Origin: Octopus vulgaris
Taxonomy: Eukaryota
Assembly: GCA_951406725.2 (NCBI GenBank)
Contig: OX597820.1
Location: forward strand, 126,852,001-126,916,000
Direction: 5' to 3'
DNA: 64,000 nucleotides
Each line of letters begins with the position of its first letter. Positions within the stretch are counted from its first letter, which is position 1. Shown here piece after piece: positions 12,866-27,273 of this stretch. Position numbers and translations under genes: made by a program. The notes beneath the pieces are model-generated. The model did no database searches and had not been told where the DNA came from. It saw only the letters and a program-made list of their open reading frames with translations.

Positions 12866-13472
12866 AACTTATAAATAAGGGTAAACGAAAAAATTTCTAA
12901 TGCCAAATATGCCGAAATTAGACACCCTGTCCATAACTATATAATTTATCACAATATTCACGCCACTCAAAAAAAGGTCTACAGAAATCTCTAAAAAATT
13001 CCATTATTACCATATCGGACCGATTTCAGGGTTAGTTCATAAGAACCCTCCCTTTGTCAGTGATAAATGTAGCAAAAGAAATAAATGAGATACTTACTCA
13101 TACCCATGGAAGAAGCAAATACTAAGTCATGAGCACAACTAAGTACCCCAAATACATCCAAAATAGAAATTCTCCAGCCCATTCGAGACATGTGTGAATT
13201 GTGCTCATGACTTAGTGTTTTGCTTCTTCCAAGGGTATGAGTAAGTATCTCATTTATTTCTTTTGCTACATTTATCACTGACAAAGGGAGGGTTCTTATG
13301 AACTAACCCTGAAATCGGTCCGATATGGTAATAATGGAATTTTTTAGAGATTTCTGTTGACCTTTTTTTGAGTAGCGTGCGTATTGTGAAAAATTATATG
13401 GTTATGGACAGAGTGTCTAATTTCGGCATGTTTGGCATTAGAAATTTTTTCATTTACCCTTATTTATAAGTT
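12866..13472. repeat. Inverted repeat (~273-bp arms, ~60-bp spacer) between (TA)n tracts; Penelope-like pLTR-type
   Basis: 12866-13138 is the reverse complement of 13199-13472 with a few substitutions. Confidence 0.9.
13272..13331 (+). ncRNA. Minimal type I hammerhead fold (core CUGACAA variant); mirror copy at 13007-13066 (-)
   Basis: TTATCA-CTGACAA-AGGG AG GGTTC TTAT GAACT AA CCCT-GAAA-TCGG T CCGA-TA-TGGTAA: all three stems pair; G8 is replaced by A. Confidence 0.7.
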
Positions 13473-14509
13473 ATATATATACATATATATTATAATTTAG
13501 AACAAAAAGTTAAGGTTGTCATTATAGTACTTGGAGTTGTTACTTTTTATTATATATATATATATCTTTCATCTTTTACTTGTTTCGGTCATTAGACTGT
13601 GGCCATGCTGGGGCACCACATTGAAGAATTTTTAGTCAGCTGAATGGACCCTTTACTTATATTTTTTCTTTAAGCCTGGTACTAATTCCATCAATTTCTT
13701 TGCTGAACTGCTAAGTTATGTAGACGTAAACATACAACAGTAGGTGTCAAGCAGTCAAGGGGGACAAACACAGATACAAAGACACACACACACACACACA
13801 CACATACATGATGGGCTTCTTTCAGTTTCCACTAACATGTTTTGCATCGGCCCAAAGCTATAGTAGAAGACACTTGCCCAAGGTGCCATGCAGTGGGACT
13901 GAACCTGGAACCATGTATATAAGGTTCCACACCTGCACCTATATATATATGTATATATAATTAATCAAAGGACATACTAAGTATGTCTACCTGCTAGAAA
14001 TAACAGTCAAAACTCTTATTAAATCACCTAAAAAATATATATATATATATATATATATTGTTGCTATTATGTTAAACTGTTGTCCAAATTTGGCCAAATG
14101 CAGTTTTTTAATATTTATTTTTGCTTGCAATAGCCAGTTCTTTTGGTCAAACTATCGTATCTCCAGCTGCTTCAGATGTCAAGATACCAAAAATTCTCAA
14201 ATTGTAGTACAACGGTTTTGCTATGAAATGGGGAAACTATTTTTCTTGTGTTCTGAAAGAGCAGCGTTTTGGACTTACAACACTTTTGCATAATGGTAAC
14301 AATAGCCATATATATATATATGTGTGGTGTTGGTGTCACATAAAAAAATATCCAGTACACTCTATAGTGGTTAGCATTAGGAAAAGCAACCAGCCTCTGG
14401 AAAAACCATGCCAGAACCGACAATGGAGCCTGGTGTGGCCTCTGGCCTTACCAGCTCTGGTGAAACCATCCAACCCATGCCAATATGGAAAACACACTTT
14501 AAATGATGA

Positions 14510-14543
<34 letters not shown>

Positions 14544-14606
14544 GGTGGTGGTGGTGGTGGTGGTGGTGGTGGTGGTGATGATAGGCTATTTTTAGGATAT
14601 TTTAAA

Positions 14607-14930
<324 letters not shown>

Positions 14931-15282
14931 TATTCAAATAATTACATGTATATCTATGCATATCTCTGCCTATGTGTATATGTGCCACTGGCACAGAAAA
15001 AGCACCATTCGAGTGCAGTCGCTGCCAGTGCTGCCTGACTGGCTCCCGTGCTGGTGGCGCATAAAAAGCACCATTCATGCATAGTCGATGCCACTACCAC
15101 CTGACTGGTCTTCATGCTGGTGGAACATGCAAAGAACCCATTACACTCTCAGAGGAAAGACATCCAGCTGTAGAAACTCTGCCAGATCAGACTGGAGCCT
15201 GGTGCAGCCTTCTGGCTTGCCAGCCCTCAGTCAAACTGTCTATCACATGCCAACATTGAAAGTGGATGTTAAATGAAGATAA

Positions 15283-15359
<77 letters not shown>

Positions 15360-15723
15360 TAGATGTGCATAAATATAGAACGTTGGAATGAATCCTCAAC
15401 ACCACATTGGTGGATAAATAATTTATTTTATTTATATGTATACATATATATCTGCATTTATATATAAGTGTATGTGCGTATGCCTATATGTATACACACA
15501 CACACACACAAACATGAATATCTTATGTTATTTGAAAGGTTTGAGGAGGGTCATGGGGTGGGGGTTACAGAATGTCAGCTGTACTTTGGAAGTTACCTTT
15601 GGATTTCTTTTAAAGTATTACTTCCTCTGCCCCTACCATCACCACACCTTGAACCCAGCTTTATGGCAGTATAAATTACAGGGGTACTGGTGGAGGGGGT
15701 TCACAAATGAGAATATTGTTGTT

Positions 15724-15776
<53 letters not shown>

Positions 15777-16098
15777 TGTATGTGTGTGTCTATGGATTAT
15801 CTGTGTTTGTATAGCTGGGCAGGTGTATGAGAATGTTTTCTCTATCTATGTATCTATGGATGTATGCATTCTTTTTTGTGTATGTGAATGTATGTGTTTA
15901 TGTATTTATGTATATATGCATGCATGCATATACGTATAGATGTATGTGTGCATGCATGTATCTATATCCTTCCGGTTTTGTTTTTCAAATTACTTGCCAA
16001 TAGAGAAAGAGCTACTTTCTAACTCATAAGCAAGGTTTGTTCTTCAAATAAAAACTATACAGCAACTCTGTAGCCGTGTGTGTGTGAGAGAGAGAGAG

Positions 16099-16160
<62 letters not shown>

Positions 16161-16700
16161 ATGTTTGGGATATTGCATTCACGACTGCTCACGACTGCTA
16201 GATCTTGCGTTTGATTCTCTGGCCAAGCAGCCCTTAGTATTCTTCAGCAAATCTCTTCCGTTCAACTGTAAATTGGTAATCCTCTGATCAGAGGGAACAT
16301 TAGCCTGCTCACCCGGCCAGTGGGTAATGTCATTCGAAAGCTGTTATGGGAGAATCGTGAACAGCCCCACATGGCTGAAGATGGACTAATTGATTACAAT
16401 AAGTAAGAACTGAGCGAACTGTCAGGAATGCAGTAAAAAGTTTTAATTTGACATGTGATGGTTTAACAGTTGGTAGTTGAACAGTTGATATTGAGTACCT
16501 ATGTCAAAGTAGTACAGAGTGCGTCGATAGGTTATTTTTCGATAACCTCAGCCAACTATTTATTTGTGTAATACCATTTCACACCAAATGTATATACCCA
16601 CATAATAGCAAAAGCTAAAGCAAAACACATTATGACCAGGAATGTATAACAACACCTGACAGTCTGGCCAGTACCATGATACTGTGATATATATGTACTC

Positions 16701-16731
<31 letters not shown>

Positions 16732-16740
16732 TGTATGTAT

Positions 16741-17290
16741 GACCCAGTGGTAAGATGTTGCAACCTGTTGCATGGTCGGGTCATCGGCAACTAAACCGGC
16801 AACCCCACCAAGCTTACTTAGTGAGGAGGGTGTTTATTGGACACCCTGCGGGAGGAAAAACAAAACCCGTCAAAGGGCAGAGGAACTCTAGAGAGTCAAT
16901 GGTCATCCAATAAATGTGTAATTTTTGTGTTTTTTTTCTTAAGGCTGTGTCATGTGCGGAGACATAGAAATAATCGGACTGAATACCCAATTGCACGGTT
17001 AAACCATTGGGAGTGAAGGACTCCTAGCCTTTGTTAGGGCATCCTTCTAGGAGAAGGTAACTCAGGTAATTGGGATAACTCTGACTTAAAACCTGCGGCT
17101 CAGTGGTTACCAATGATGTCGACTTATTCTTCTTTCCAGATTATGGCTGCTGTTGCTTAGTGAGTGAGATTGACTCAGTGCACAGCCTTTCCTCACTTTA
17201 AAAAAATCTTCTTGCACAGGCATTGCACGATAACAACATTGATTAAGCTTCGTGCAATGGCCATACTCGATAACGAGGGGGCAGCCACCA
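16741..17290 (+). mobile_element. Structured non-coding retroposon in a (TGTA)n tract, longer copy
   Basis: Second copy of 7631-8113 with ~50 extra 5' bases; a more diverged relative of the 5' half lies at ~22070-22300. Confidence 0.75.
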
Positions 17291-17482
17291 TGTATGTATG
17301 TATGTATGGACTGGCATTTGAATTCAGCTTACCAGCCCTGGTCAAACCATCCAGCCAATGCCAACATAGTCAACAGACACTAAATGATGATGATGTATAT
17401 ATGTATGGTGTATGCATGCATGTATGCATGTATGTATGTGTATATATGTATGCATGTATATATGCATATTTTTATGTGTTAG

Positions 17483-17655
17483 TATTCCAGCACCTTCTAG
17501 TTGATTTTATATTATGCCCCCTCTTTTAATCACCATATATAGCTGTCTAAAGTTGTAATGTTGCACCTTTCTAGGTTCCTTAAAGAGAACTTGTGGTTAT
17601 TTAACCTGGCCTTAAAGGGGATTCTAGTTGCTACAACATATTTCAGTGTGTGTGT
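17483..17655 (-). pseudogene. Penelope-like GIY-YIG endonuclease fragment
   Basis: Minus strand KYVVATRIPFKARLNNHKFSLRNLERCNITTLDSYIW*LKEGA*YKIN*KVLE matches the PLE pattern YIGxTxxxFKxRxxNHKxSF...LSxYIWxLK...YxIxWxIL. Confidence 0.75.
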
Positions 17656-18257
17656 CCTTTCATTGTTGTTGTTGCTCCTACTGCTATCTAGGCCATGATT
17701 CAGCAGAAGCAGATGGAGTACACATTGCTTGGCCAAAAGGACAATGATCCTTAAACAATTCACATGATCCCGTTATTTTCTTGGATTCAAAGAATGAAAT
17801 TATTAGTCAATGCAGTCATGACAAAAAAATTGTTTCTGGAAATTTGGTCATCACCATTTGAGGACCAGATAATGGAAGAAACATATACAGTCTGACCCAT
17901 TTCAGCTATGATGGGAACAACTCAAGGGAAAGTAACTCTTCTTTCTTTCTCAAAAAAGGGTTTCTTTCATTTCGATCTTTTTAATGACCAAAATGACCAA
18001 GGCTGTATAGCTACCTTCTTAAGTGAATAAACTATTTGCTTCTGGCCAGCATGTTTGATGATTCACCTATATTGCTATATGCAATAATAGACAAGAAATC
18101 AGTGACAACAAATATATATATATATTATTTTATTCTTTCACTTGTTTCAGTAATTTGACTGAGGCCAAGCTGGAGACTGCCTTAACTTCTTGGAGATTTT
18201 AGGTATAATTATATTAATGTGTCCATCTGTTCTAATTTAATTAAATTCTATGTCTTT

Positions 18258-18346
18258 GTACAGCTGAAGATTGTTCTACACTTTAAATTGATGTAATGAT
18301 TGCATTGTTCAATTAAATGGAGTTGCAAGAAACGATCATACTGCAT
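18258..18346 (+). ncRNA. Type I hammerhead ribozyme candidate with long stem II
   Basis: GTACAG-CTGAAGA-TTG...(hairpin)...CAA-GAAA-CGATCA-TA-CTGCAT: core intact; stem III is a CGATCG palindrome with one CpG-type change; the element ends in (TA)n at ~18465. Confidence 0.65.
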
Positions 18347-18459
18347 TACCTGTAGATATCCTTGTTGCTTTATTTTGATTTTAATCACCTTATTTTGAAA
18401 TTGTATGGATTATACCATACTAAATTCTGGTGCCTCAACTTAAGTACCATATTCATCTG

Positions 18460-18497
<38 letters not shown>

Positions 18498-18929
18498 ATT
18501 CTTTTTGGGAATATCTTAAATCACACACATAAAGCTATAAATAATGGCATGCAAATATTAGGTATTAAGATGAAAAATCTCTGGATTCAAAAAGTTGAAG
18601 GTTTTTGATAAAGCCTTCAACTTTATCTAAAATATTCCCAAAACGAATTATCGCATTATCTCACAAAAGTTTATGAAATTTTTATGACACCAACAAAATA
18701 TGTGTGTGTGTGCATTTGTTTGTATGAGTGTGCATGTGTGTGTGTGTGTGCACGTGTGTGTGCATGTGTGTGTGCACGTGTGTGTGGATGTGTGTGTGTG
18801 TGCGTGCGTGCAAATATGTATACACTGACATATACGCATATATATATATATACATATGTATATATACATATACATACAGATGTGCATGTTTATTTTTTTC
18901 ATTAATATTTAGCAGAAGCAACTATACAT

Positions 18930-19227
<298 letters not shown>

Positions 19228-19696
19228 TAGTGAGGGATTTTCAGTCCAAGCAAAATACTTTATGAGACAAGCTCTCTCTTAGTACACCAGGTTAACAAAA
19301 TCGTTTAGATTAGTGAAGAACTCTGCATATTCTTGTTGCAGGATTCTATCGTATGCCTCTCTTCCTCTATTCTTTCTATTCCTTCCTCTCTTCTTTTCTT
19401 TCCTTCTTTTCCAAATCATCACTTCTCTTCCTCTTTTCTCTCTTTCTCTCTTCCTCTTATCTTATACTTATTGCTTCTCTTCACTCCCCCCCACCCACAT
19501 GCTTCTACCATTCTTTCAGTATTCTGCTTGTTTATAAACAGAAATGACACTGACAAGAGTAGCATCAATTCTCTTGGTCATTCAATTTTTATCAACCAAT
19601 CAATGAGCTGATTGAGTGAACCTATAATGATTACTGGAAACATCTGTAAGTCAAATTTACTACAATAAAGAAATATGCAATGACCATTATTCATGC

Positions 19697-19736
<40 letters not shown>

Positions 19737-20289
19737 CACAAATATATGTATGTATGTATGTATGTATGTATATATAATAATAATATATAATGTATATATA
19801 TATGCATATGTGGGTACAGGACGTCACCAATGGTGCAAATAACATGAAATACGTAAACAAATGAGTAAAATACATAAAGAACAAGAAAAAAATGGAAAGC
19901 ATGACAAGTAAAGACAGAGAAAGAACCCTTCATCAGTTGCCGGTTGTCAATCTACTCCTCATTTCGAGCATTCAACGACAATATGAGTCTAAAATAAAAT
20001 TTAGGATTTATGGAGGGTCAAAGTTGGGAACAAAAACATGACAATGGAGACATACAAGGAAACCGAAAGGAAACAGATATGGAGTCTTGTTAGACCAGAA
20101 GGAGAGGAAAATAGTGAACGCTGGGAGAAACATGTTTTTGAAAAAAGAAAAGATAGAAGAGAGAGAGAGAGCTAGAGAGTAAAAAAGAGAAAGAAGAGGA
20201 GAGAGATAGATAGAAAACAGTGAAGGAGGGAGTGGAGAAAAAGGGAATTAGAGAACGATGGGGGAAGAAAACAGTGTGTGCATGTGTGT

Positions 20290-20681
<392 letters not shown>

Positions 20682-21400
20682 ACTGGGTGTGGCCTAGACA
20701 GTTACTTATTATTCAAACATAAACTGAAACATTCATATTCCTAAAGACAGTTGCAAATGTTGTATAATGCTTCCTAAAATTCTTTACGTTTCATTGTTTA
20801 TCCTTAATGAAATATGGCAGCTCAAACAAAAGGTGAACAAATTGTAACTTTGGAAATGGCTGCTATAATGATTTGTGAGGTGATAAAACAGTTGAATATT
20901 TGCAGAAAAGTAGTTTTTAATGTGTTGCAGAAGTAAGGCAACAAGCTGTCAGAAATATTAGCACACTGGCCAAAGTGCTTAGTGGTATTTCATCTGTCTT
21001 TTTGATCTGAGTTCAAATTCTGACGAGATCAACTTTGCCTTTCATCCTTTTAGGGGTCGATAAAATTAGTGTCAGTTGAGCACTTGGGTCAATGTAATTG
21101 ATTAGCCCTCTCCCCTGAAATTGCTGACATTATACCAAAATGTGAAAGCAATGTGTTGAAGAAGTTTCATAAGGTGTAAACAATCTCTTGAAATCTAATT
21201 CCAGGAAGAAACCATTTATTTCATACCAAGTGTATCATTGATTCCATCAGTAAAATGGTGAAGAGAAATCCATGAAGGAAGATGAGGAAGATGGCGAAGA
21301 AATCAAGCACTTCAGTTGAGAAACAATTAAGAGCTATTCTGAGAGCGTAGGGTGAACATTTTGAATTACAAATATATGTAAAATATTGTTAATGAATATA
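20682..21400 (+). mobile_element. Internally deleted Tc1/mariner-like relic interrupted by SINE B
   Basis: MAAQTKGEQIVTL...EVIKQLNICRKVVFNVLQK (HTH-like), KMVKRNP*RKMRKMAK and a C-terminal LRAILRA*GEHFE. The SINE at 20935-21149 is flanked by AATGTGTTG(C/A)AGAAGT. Confidence 0.6.
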
Positions 21401-21472
21401 ACAATCAACCAGTAAACTCTCATTAACCAAAATCTAAAACATAGGTAAATATATGTCATATCTGCTGTATAC

Positions 21473-21700
21473 ATAGTATATCAAATACAATGCCCCAAAT
21501 GCAGCAACAACTACACCAGTTGACCATTCCATGTCCAAATGAAGAAGTATCTAACTACCAACATTTCTTCCTTTCACAAACATTTAAGCAAATGTGGCAA
21601 CATCACCAAAGAGGTAGACACTTCCATACTAGCCTAGGAGAGGAACACAGGAAATCTTTATATCAAGGAAGCTATATTCATCCACCACCCCAACTCAAAA
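21473..21700 (+). pseudogene. Penelope-like GIY-YIG endonuclease relic
   Basis: Single frame: IVYQIQCPKCSNNYTS*PFHVQMKKYLTTNISSFHKHLSKCG...TSILA*ERNTGNLYIKEAIFIHHPN (VY-CxxC-Y...H...IL...LxIKEAIFI). It is missing from the ORF track because of the stops. Confidence 0.8.
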
Positions 21701-22380
21701 ATCAACAGTTGATCAGAGTGGGTCAGTGGCTCCTATGAATACAACACAATGACAACAACCAGCCATCTTCCACCACTACCACATGAAAATATATCCCAAA
21801 TGCATCACAAATACATCACAATGGCCAACAGTTAAAGAGTTGCTTGCACCAACAGCTGGAGAGTTGCTGGTGCTACTGCTGCAAACCCAAATGCCAAGCA
21901 GTTTAAAATAAAATAACAAAATTGCTGTAAATATACATTCCTTGGATTTCTTCCTTCTGAAGAAAAATCTTTGTGTCCGAAATATAAAGATTTTTGTGAA
22001 ACTTCCTGCATTATTAGAAGCTTTCTTTACATATATAAATGCAACTATACATAGATATATGTCTGTTCCATGGTCAGATTGTCAGCAACTAAACCAGCAA
22101 CCCATCCAAGCTTATGTGCTTGGTGCGGAAGGTGAATTTTGGACACCCTACATGACAAAAAACAAAACCCATCAAAGGACATAGGAGCTCAGGAGAGTCA
22201 ATAGCCATCCTGTGTAGGTAAGGGCAAATGGTGCTCACCAGTCATAATGAAGACAATCCATCTAGGAGAAGAAAGTCTCTGAAATAAAATCCAGATAGTG
22301 AGGACTTGCAACCAGCTGATGCCATTTTGCACAGGAAATATTTATGACAAGAAGATATTAAAGTTTCATGTGGCTAAATA

Positions 22381-22542
22381 GGTGCAGGTGTGGCTGTGTA
22401 ATAAGAAGTTTGCTTCCCAGCCACATGGTTCTGGGTTCAGTCCCACTGTGTGGTACCTTGGGCAAGTGTCTTCTACTATATCCTTGTGCTGACCAAAGCC
22501 TTATAAGTAGATTTGGTAGACAGAAATTGAAAGAAGCCTATC

Positions 22543-22577
<35 letters not shown>

Positions 22578-22785
22578 TTTGTGCCTGTGTTTATCTACCA
22601 CCACTGCTTGACAACCGGTGTGTTTATGCCTCCATAACTTAGCAGTTCAACAAAAGAGACCGATAGAATAAACACTAGGCTTAAAAAAAGTCCCGGGGTC
22701 AATTTGTTTGACTAAAACCCTTCAATGAAGAGCCCCAGCATGGCCACAGTCAAATGACAGTAACAATTAATAGATAAGAAGAAAA
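22381..22785 (+). mobile_element. SINE family A, near full length
   Basis: Head, (GT)n linker and tail. Further plus copies at ~27336-27690, 40884-41350, 51864-52250, 54910-55285. Confidence 0.85.
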
Positions 22786-23148
22786 AAAAGATAGAAACTA
22801 TCACCACAAAAATAATATAAATCTATGATGTAAAACTCTTAATATTCCAGCCAGAACCCAGAGCAAAAACAAAGCTAAAACTCAAAGCCATAGAATTGAA
22901 GGAGAGTAGACCAAGCATATGCACAGCCTCTTTCCAGCTGCCTTTCACAAACAGAAGAGATTCATAGTAAAATCTCATTTGCTATTTTCATTCATATATT
23001 TATTTAGGAATGCATTACATGCTTTGCAATCATGCAGGAAATACCACTGATATTTATGTGTGTGTACTTCCATATACATTTGTGTGTGTGTGTGTGTGTC
23101 TGTGTGCGTGTGTGTGTTTGCATACACACACACATATATATATACACT

Positions 23149-23184
<36 letters not shown>

Positions 23185-23226
23185 CAAACACACATATAGA
23201 TATAAATACACACAAACACATGCGTG

Positions 23227-23264
<38 letters not shown>

Positions 23265-23380
23265 CACATATAGATATAAATACACACACACACACACACA
23301 CACATACACACAGCACACACACACACATATATATATACACATATAGATATAAATACACACACACACACATACACACACAA

Positions 23381-23411
<31 letters not shown>

Positions 23412-23426
23412 CACATATAGATATAA

Positions 23427-23471
<45 letters not shown>

Positions 23472-24089
23472 CACATATAGATATAAATACACACACATAC
23501 GTGGTATGGGCATGGTTGTGAAGGCAGAGACATTGCTGTGCAGTTAAGAGGTTTACTTTACAGCCATATGCTTGCAGGGTTTGCTTCTGCTGCCTGGCAT
23601 ATTAGATAAGTACCTTCTACTTTTAATGCTGGGCTCCCATCAATGACTCGTCAGTGAATCTGGTTGACAGAAACTGTACAACTGTACAAATCCCATGGTA
23701 CATGGGTTTCTATGGGCATGAAATGTTAAAAATATACCACACTAGGCAGGAAATAATAGAGAAATGATATTTAATTGGGTATTTTTGTAAGTATATACTT
23801 TGCATTGTTTCATAAAGTAATTTGAAATGATTTGAATTAAAGATATTCTTTGGAATGCATAATCCTGAAAGGATTTATTTGATTGCAGTAATATATTTTA
23901 GATATGATAGGATATATATTAAAATATGTGATAATGTATTTTGAATTAATTTGGCTGTAGTAATCTGTTTTTGAGTATCTATTATTGTATTATTATACTT
24001 TGAAATGGTTTGATTGTAGTAATATACTTTTGAATTAACTTATAATTAAACATCCTTCAAAATTAAACATCCTTAATTAAACATCCTTT

Positions 24090-24290
24090 AAAACCTCCAT
24101 GCTTCCTGAGATTCGCCAACACTGCACCTGATTCTCTCCCCACCATACACACGCAAGCATGTATCTGACTCATACATTGTTCGCTTTCCAGACATTTGTA
24201 CATTGCTGCATATACTTTATACGCACTTTTTGACAAGTTGTGGTGCACCTGATCACTGTATACAATAATTTCAATATTATTATTATTATT
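24090..24290 (+). mobile_element. LINE 3' tail fragment with (ATT)n end
   Basis: Ends GACAAGTTGTGGTGCACCTGATCACTGTATACAATAATTTC-(ATT)n; a related tail lies at ~27740-27800. It interrupts a segment that is contiguous at 30301. Confidence 0.55.
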
Positions 24291-24929
24291 TAAATTCCAC
24301 TTCATAGAACAATAAAAAAGAAGTTGGTTCCATTTCATTTTAGCCAAGAGAAAGAAGATGAATTATGCACCAATAAGGCTGACGTACAGGGTTGCAATAT
24401 TAAGGAAAAAGTGCATTTTCTTCTTTGCATTATAAACAAATGGTGGCCAGCTGCCAGAATTGTTAGCATATCAGACAAAATGCTTAGTGGCATTTCTTCC
24501 AGTTCCTTACATTCTGGGTTCATCTTTCACCAAGGTCAATTTTGCCATACATCTTTTCAAGGTCAATAAGATAAGTAGGAGTTGAGCATTGATGTCAATG
24601 TAACCAACTTACTCCTTTCCCCAAAAAATTGTAACCTTACACCAAAAATTCAAAACCATTGTTGTTTTTCCAAATGTGTGTGTGTGCATGCGTCCGCACG
24701 TGTTCTTGTGTGTGTGTGTGTGTGTATAATTGTTTGCATTCTGCACTCTGCATCAAAAATTGGTGAGCTATAAATGACGATGCTTGCCACATCTCCCACT
24801 CCACAAATTCTCCAATAGTTTTGCACTTTTGAAGATGAGAGGAGTGAGAACTTCCATATTTAAGAAACAGTTAAGAGTTAGTGACAGGAATCGCATCCGT
24901 TTTTAAAAAAACACTTCAATAATATGAAT

Positions 24930-25730
24930 TTCTTATAATTTACTCTATCTTTTAAAGATGCTTATTCCAAAACAGTTTAAAGACTGGAATATTTTCAGAT
25001 CTACTAAAAGAAGCAGCAGTAACACCTATCCACAAAGAAGATAGCAGAACTGAGGCTAAGAATTACAGACATGAAAGTGGCAAGTTGGCAGAACCGTTAC
25101 CGCGCTGGACGAAATATTTATCAGTATTTCACCTGTTGCTACATTCTGAGTTCAAATTCTACCGCAGCTGACTTTACCTTAGAGGCAGAGAGTTAGCAGA
25201 AATGTTAGCATGCCAGGCGAAATGCTTAGCAGTATTTCGTCTGCCGCTACATTCTGAGTTCAAATTCCACCGGGGCCGACTTTGCCTTTCATCCTTTCAG
25301 GGTCGATTAAATAAGTACCAGTTTTGCACTGGGGTCGATATAATCGACTTAATCTGTTTGTCTGTCCATGTTTGTCCCCTCTGTGTGTAGCTCCTTGTGG
25401 GCAATAAAGAAATAAGAATTACAGACATGCTTCTCTTAAATCTCACACATCTAAAATTGTAGAATATATTGTCCAGAAAAAAGATAATTTCCTACCTTGA
25501 GGAAAACAATTTTTAAGATGATATGCAACCTGGTTTTCAGACAGACCTAGGTTGTCTCACATAACTGCAATCTATTCTGTCCCCTCAGGGAATGAACACT
25601 AATACTATCAAATCATCTGAGGGGTAAGGACACAAAATGCATCTGCCTTGATTTTATTAAAGCCTTTAACAAGATTGAACATGGAATCATCTCTCTTAGA
25701 TTATCCGATCTTGGCAGCACTGGAATCCTT
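24930..25730 (+). pseudogene. CR1/L2-type reverse transcriptase fragment interrupted by a SINE B dimer
   Basis: LFQNSLKTGIFSDLLKEAAVTPIHKEDSRTEAKNYR [SINE 25074-25412, TSD TAAGAATTACAGACATG] KNYRHASLKSHTSKIVE...YLEENN...QPGF...LDFIKAFNKIEHGI. Confidence 0.8.
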
Positions 25731-27044
25731 TGTCACTCACCAATCCTGAAGTGATCACAGTTACTGGAAACTTAGTGTGCATCACACTGAGGCCACCAGG
25801 AGGCTCTGCGCATAATCATCTGTCATTTCTCCTCTTAGACTTTTGGTCTCAGTCAAAGTTTTTCTCATCAGAGGAAAACCAAAGCCTACCATATTCGTAA
25901 GAATTTTACCCTTCTTGGCACTGACCAAACAGTTTTCCTGTCCCTTTACAGATATGAATCAGCCTCACTTCTGCACACGGGACTTGTATTAAATATCTTC
26001 ACATACCACAGTTCTGATAGTCCACTCTGATACTCACAAGGATTTGATTGGTGCAAGGCTGTAGTAGAAGACACTTACTCAAGGTACCACACAGTGGGAC
26101 TGAGCCTAGAACCATGTGGTTCGGAAGAAATCTTCTTACCACACAGCTACGCCTTGGATATGTGAGGTGTATGTGGGATAGCGCTTATTTCTATATTTGA
26201 ATACGCTTTTATTAATATTTTATTATTCTTTCATTAGCTTCACTGTTGCACTGCCTATAGCCAACTCTTGTTTACCTGGATTCCATCTCCCACCTTTGGA
26301 TTTTAGCTACTTTATCTTGTCTGAGCATAAATCTGTCTGCATTTAATATAGGCCTTTAGACATATTCTTACCCATTCTACATATACGTATACATATATGT
26401 GTGTGTGTATGTGTGCGTATATATGTATATATATATATAATATATATATATTTATATATTAATACACACACACATATATATATATATATCATACACACAC
26501 ACATACACACACACACATATATAAATATATATATATATATACATATATATACATACATACATACATACACACACACACATACACACACACACATATATAT
26601 ATATATATATGTGCATACACATATATATGCATATATATATGTGTGTGTGTGTGATGTATGATGTGTATGAGTGAGTGTGTGTTTCTATATTTAACATAGC
26701 CACTGTACCAATACAGTTTTGGGTTATAAATAAAAAAGTATACGAAGTCACGTCCATATGTTTAATAAACAGATATTTAAACATATGCGTATGACTCACT
26801 CCACATAGATAGTTATTCATATTCTGTGTGGTATTGGTACTGTAGCTATTTTTGCCTGGCTGTCACCCTTGTACCATTATGGAAAGGAAGTGTTCCACAA
26901 ACAGTCTTGTTTACAATTTTTTTTATAAGTAGCTCTAATTTCTTTCAAATGCTTAAGAATTCCAGAAGTAGACAATAGATTATGAGTCTTTCATGAAGGT
27001 AACTCATTAATGATCTTTTAATGAAGTTGGCTCTATCCCTATTC

Positions 27045-27273
27045 TTAACCCTTTCATTACCAACCCAGCTGAAACCGGCTCTCCCTCCAAGTACAAATGT
27101 TTTGTTTTCATAAGTTTTGAATTAAAATCTTCCACCAAACCTTAGTCACAACTTATGTTCCTAATCCTAGCTGAATAATAACTAAATTATTTTACTAAAT
27201 TCTTTTCTTATATTTAAAGTAATTCAAAGAAACACAGAGCATCTCAAAATAATTACAGTAACGAAAGGGTTAA
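27045..27273. mobile_element. piggyBac-like MITE with TTAA target duplication
   Basis: TTAA-CCCTTTCATTAC...GTAACGAAAGGG-TTAA terminal inverted repeats. Confidence 0.8.

Noticed and set aside
19920-19980. Minus-strand GAAA...CTGATGA as a type II hammerhead
   Set aside because: Stem III and the UH site could not be formed convincingly; would need a family alignment.
23189-23500. CRISPR-like repetition of ACACATATAGATATAAATACACAC with variable spacers
   Set aside because: The spacers are only CA/TA microsatellite, there are no cas genes and the context is eukaryotic; it is a compound minisatellite.
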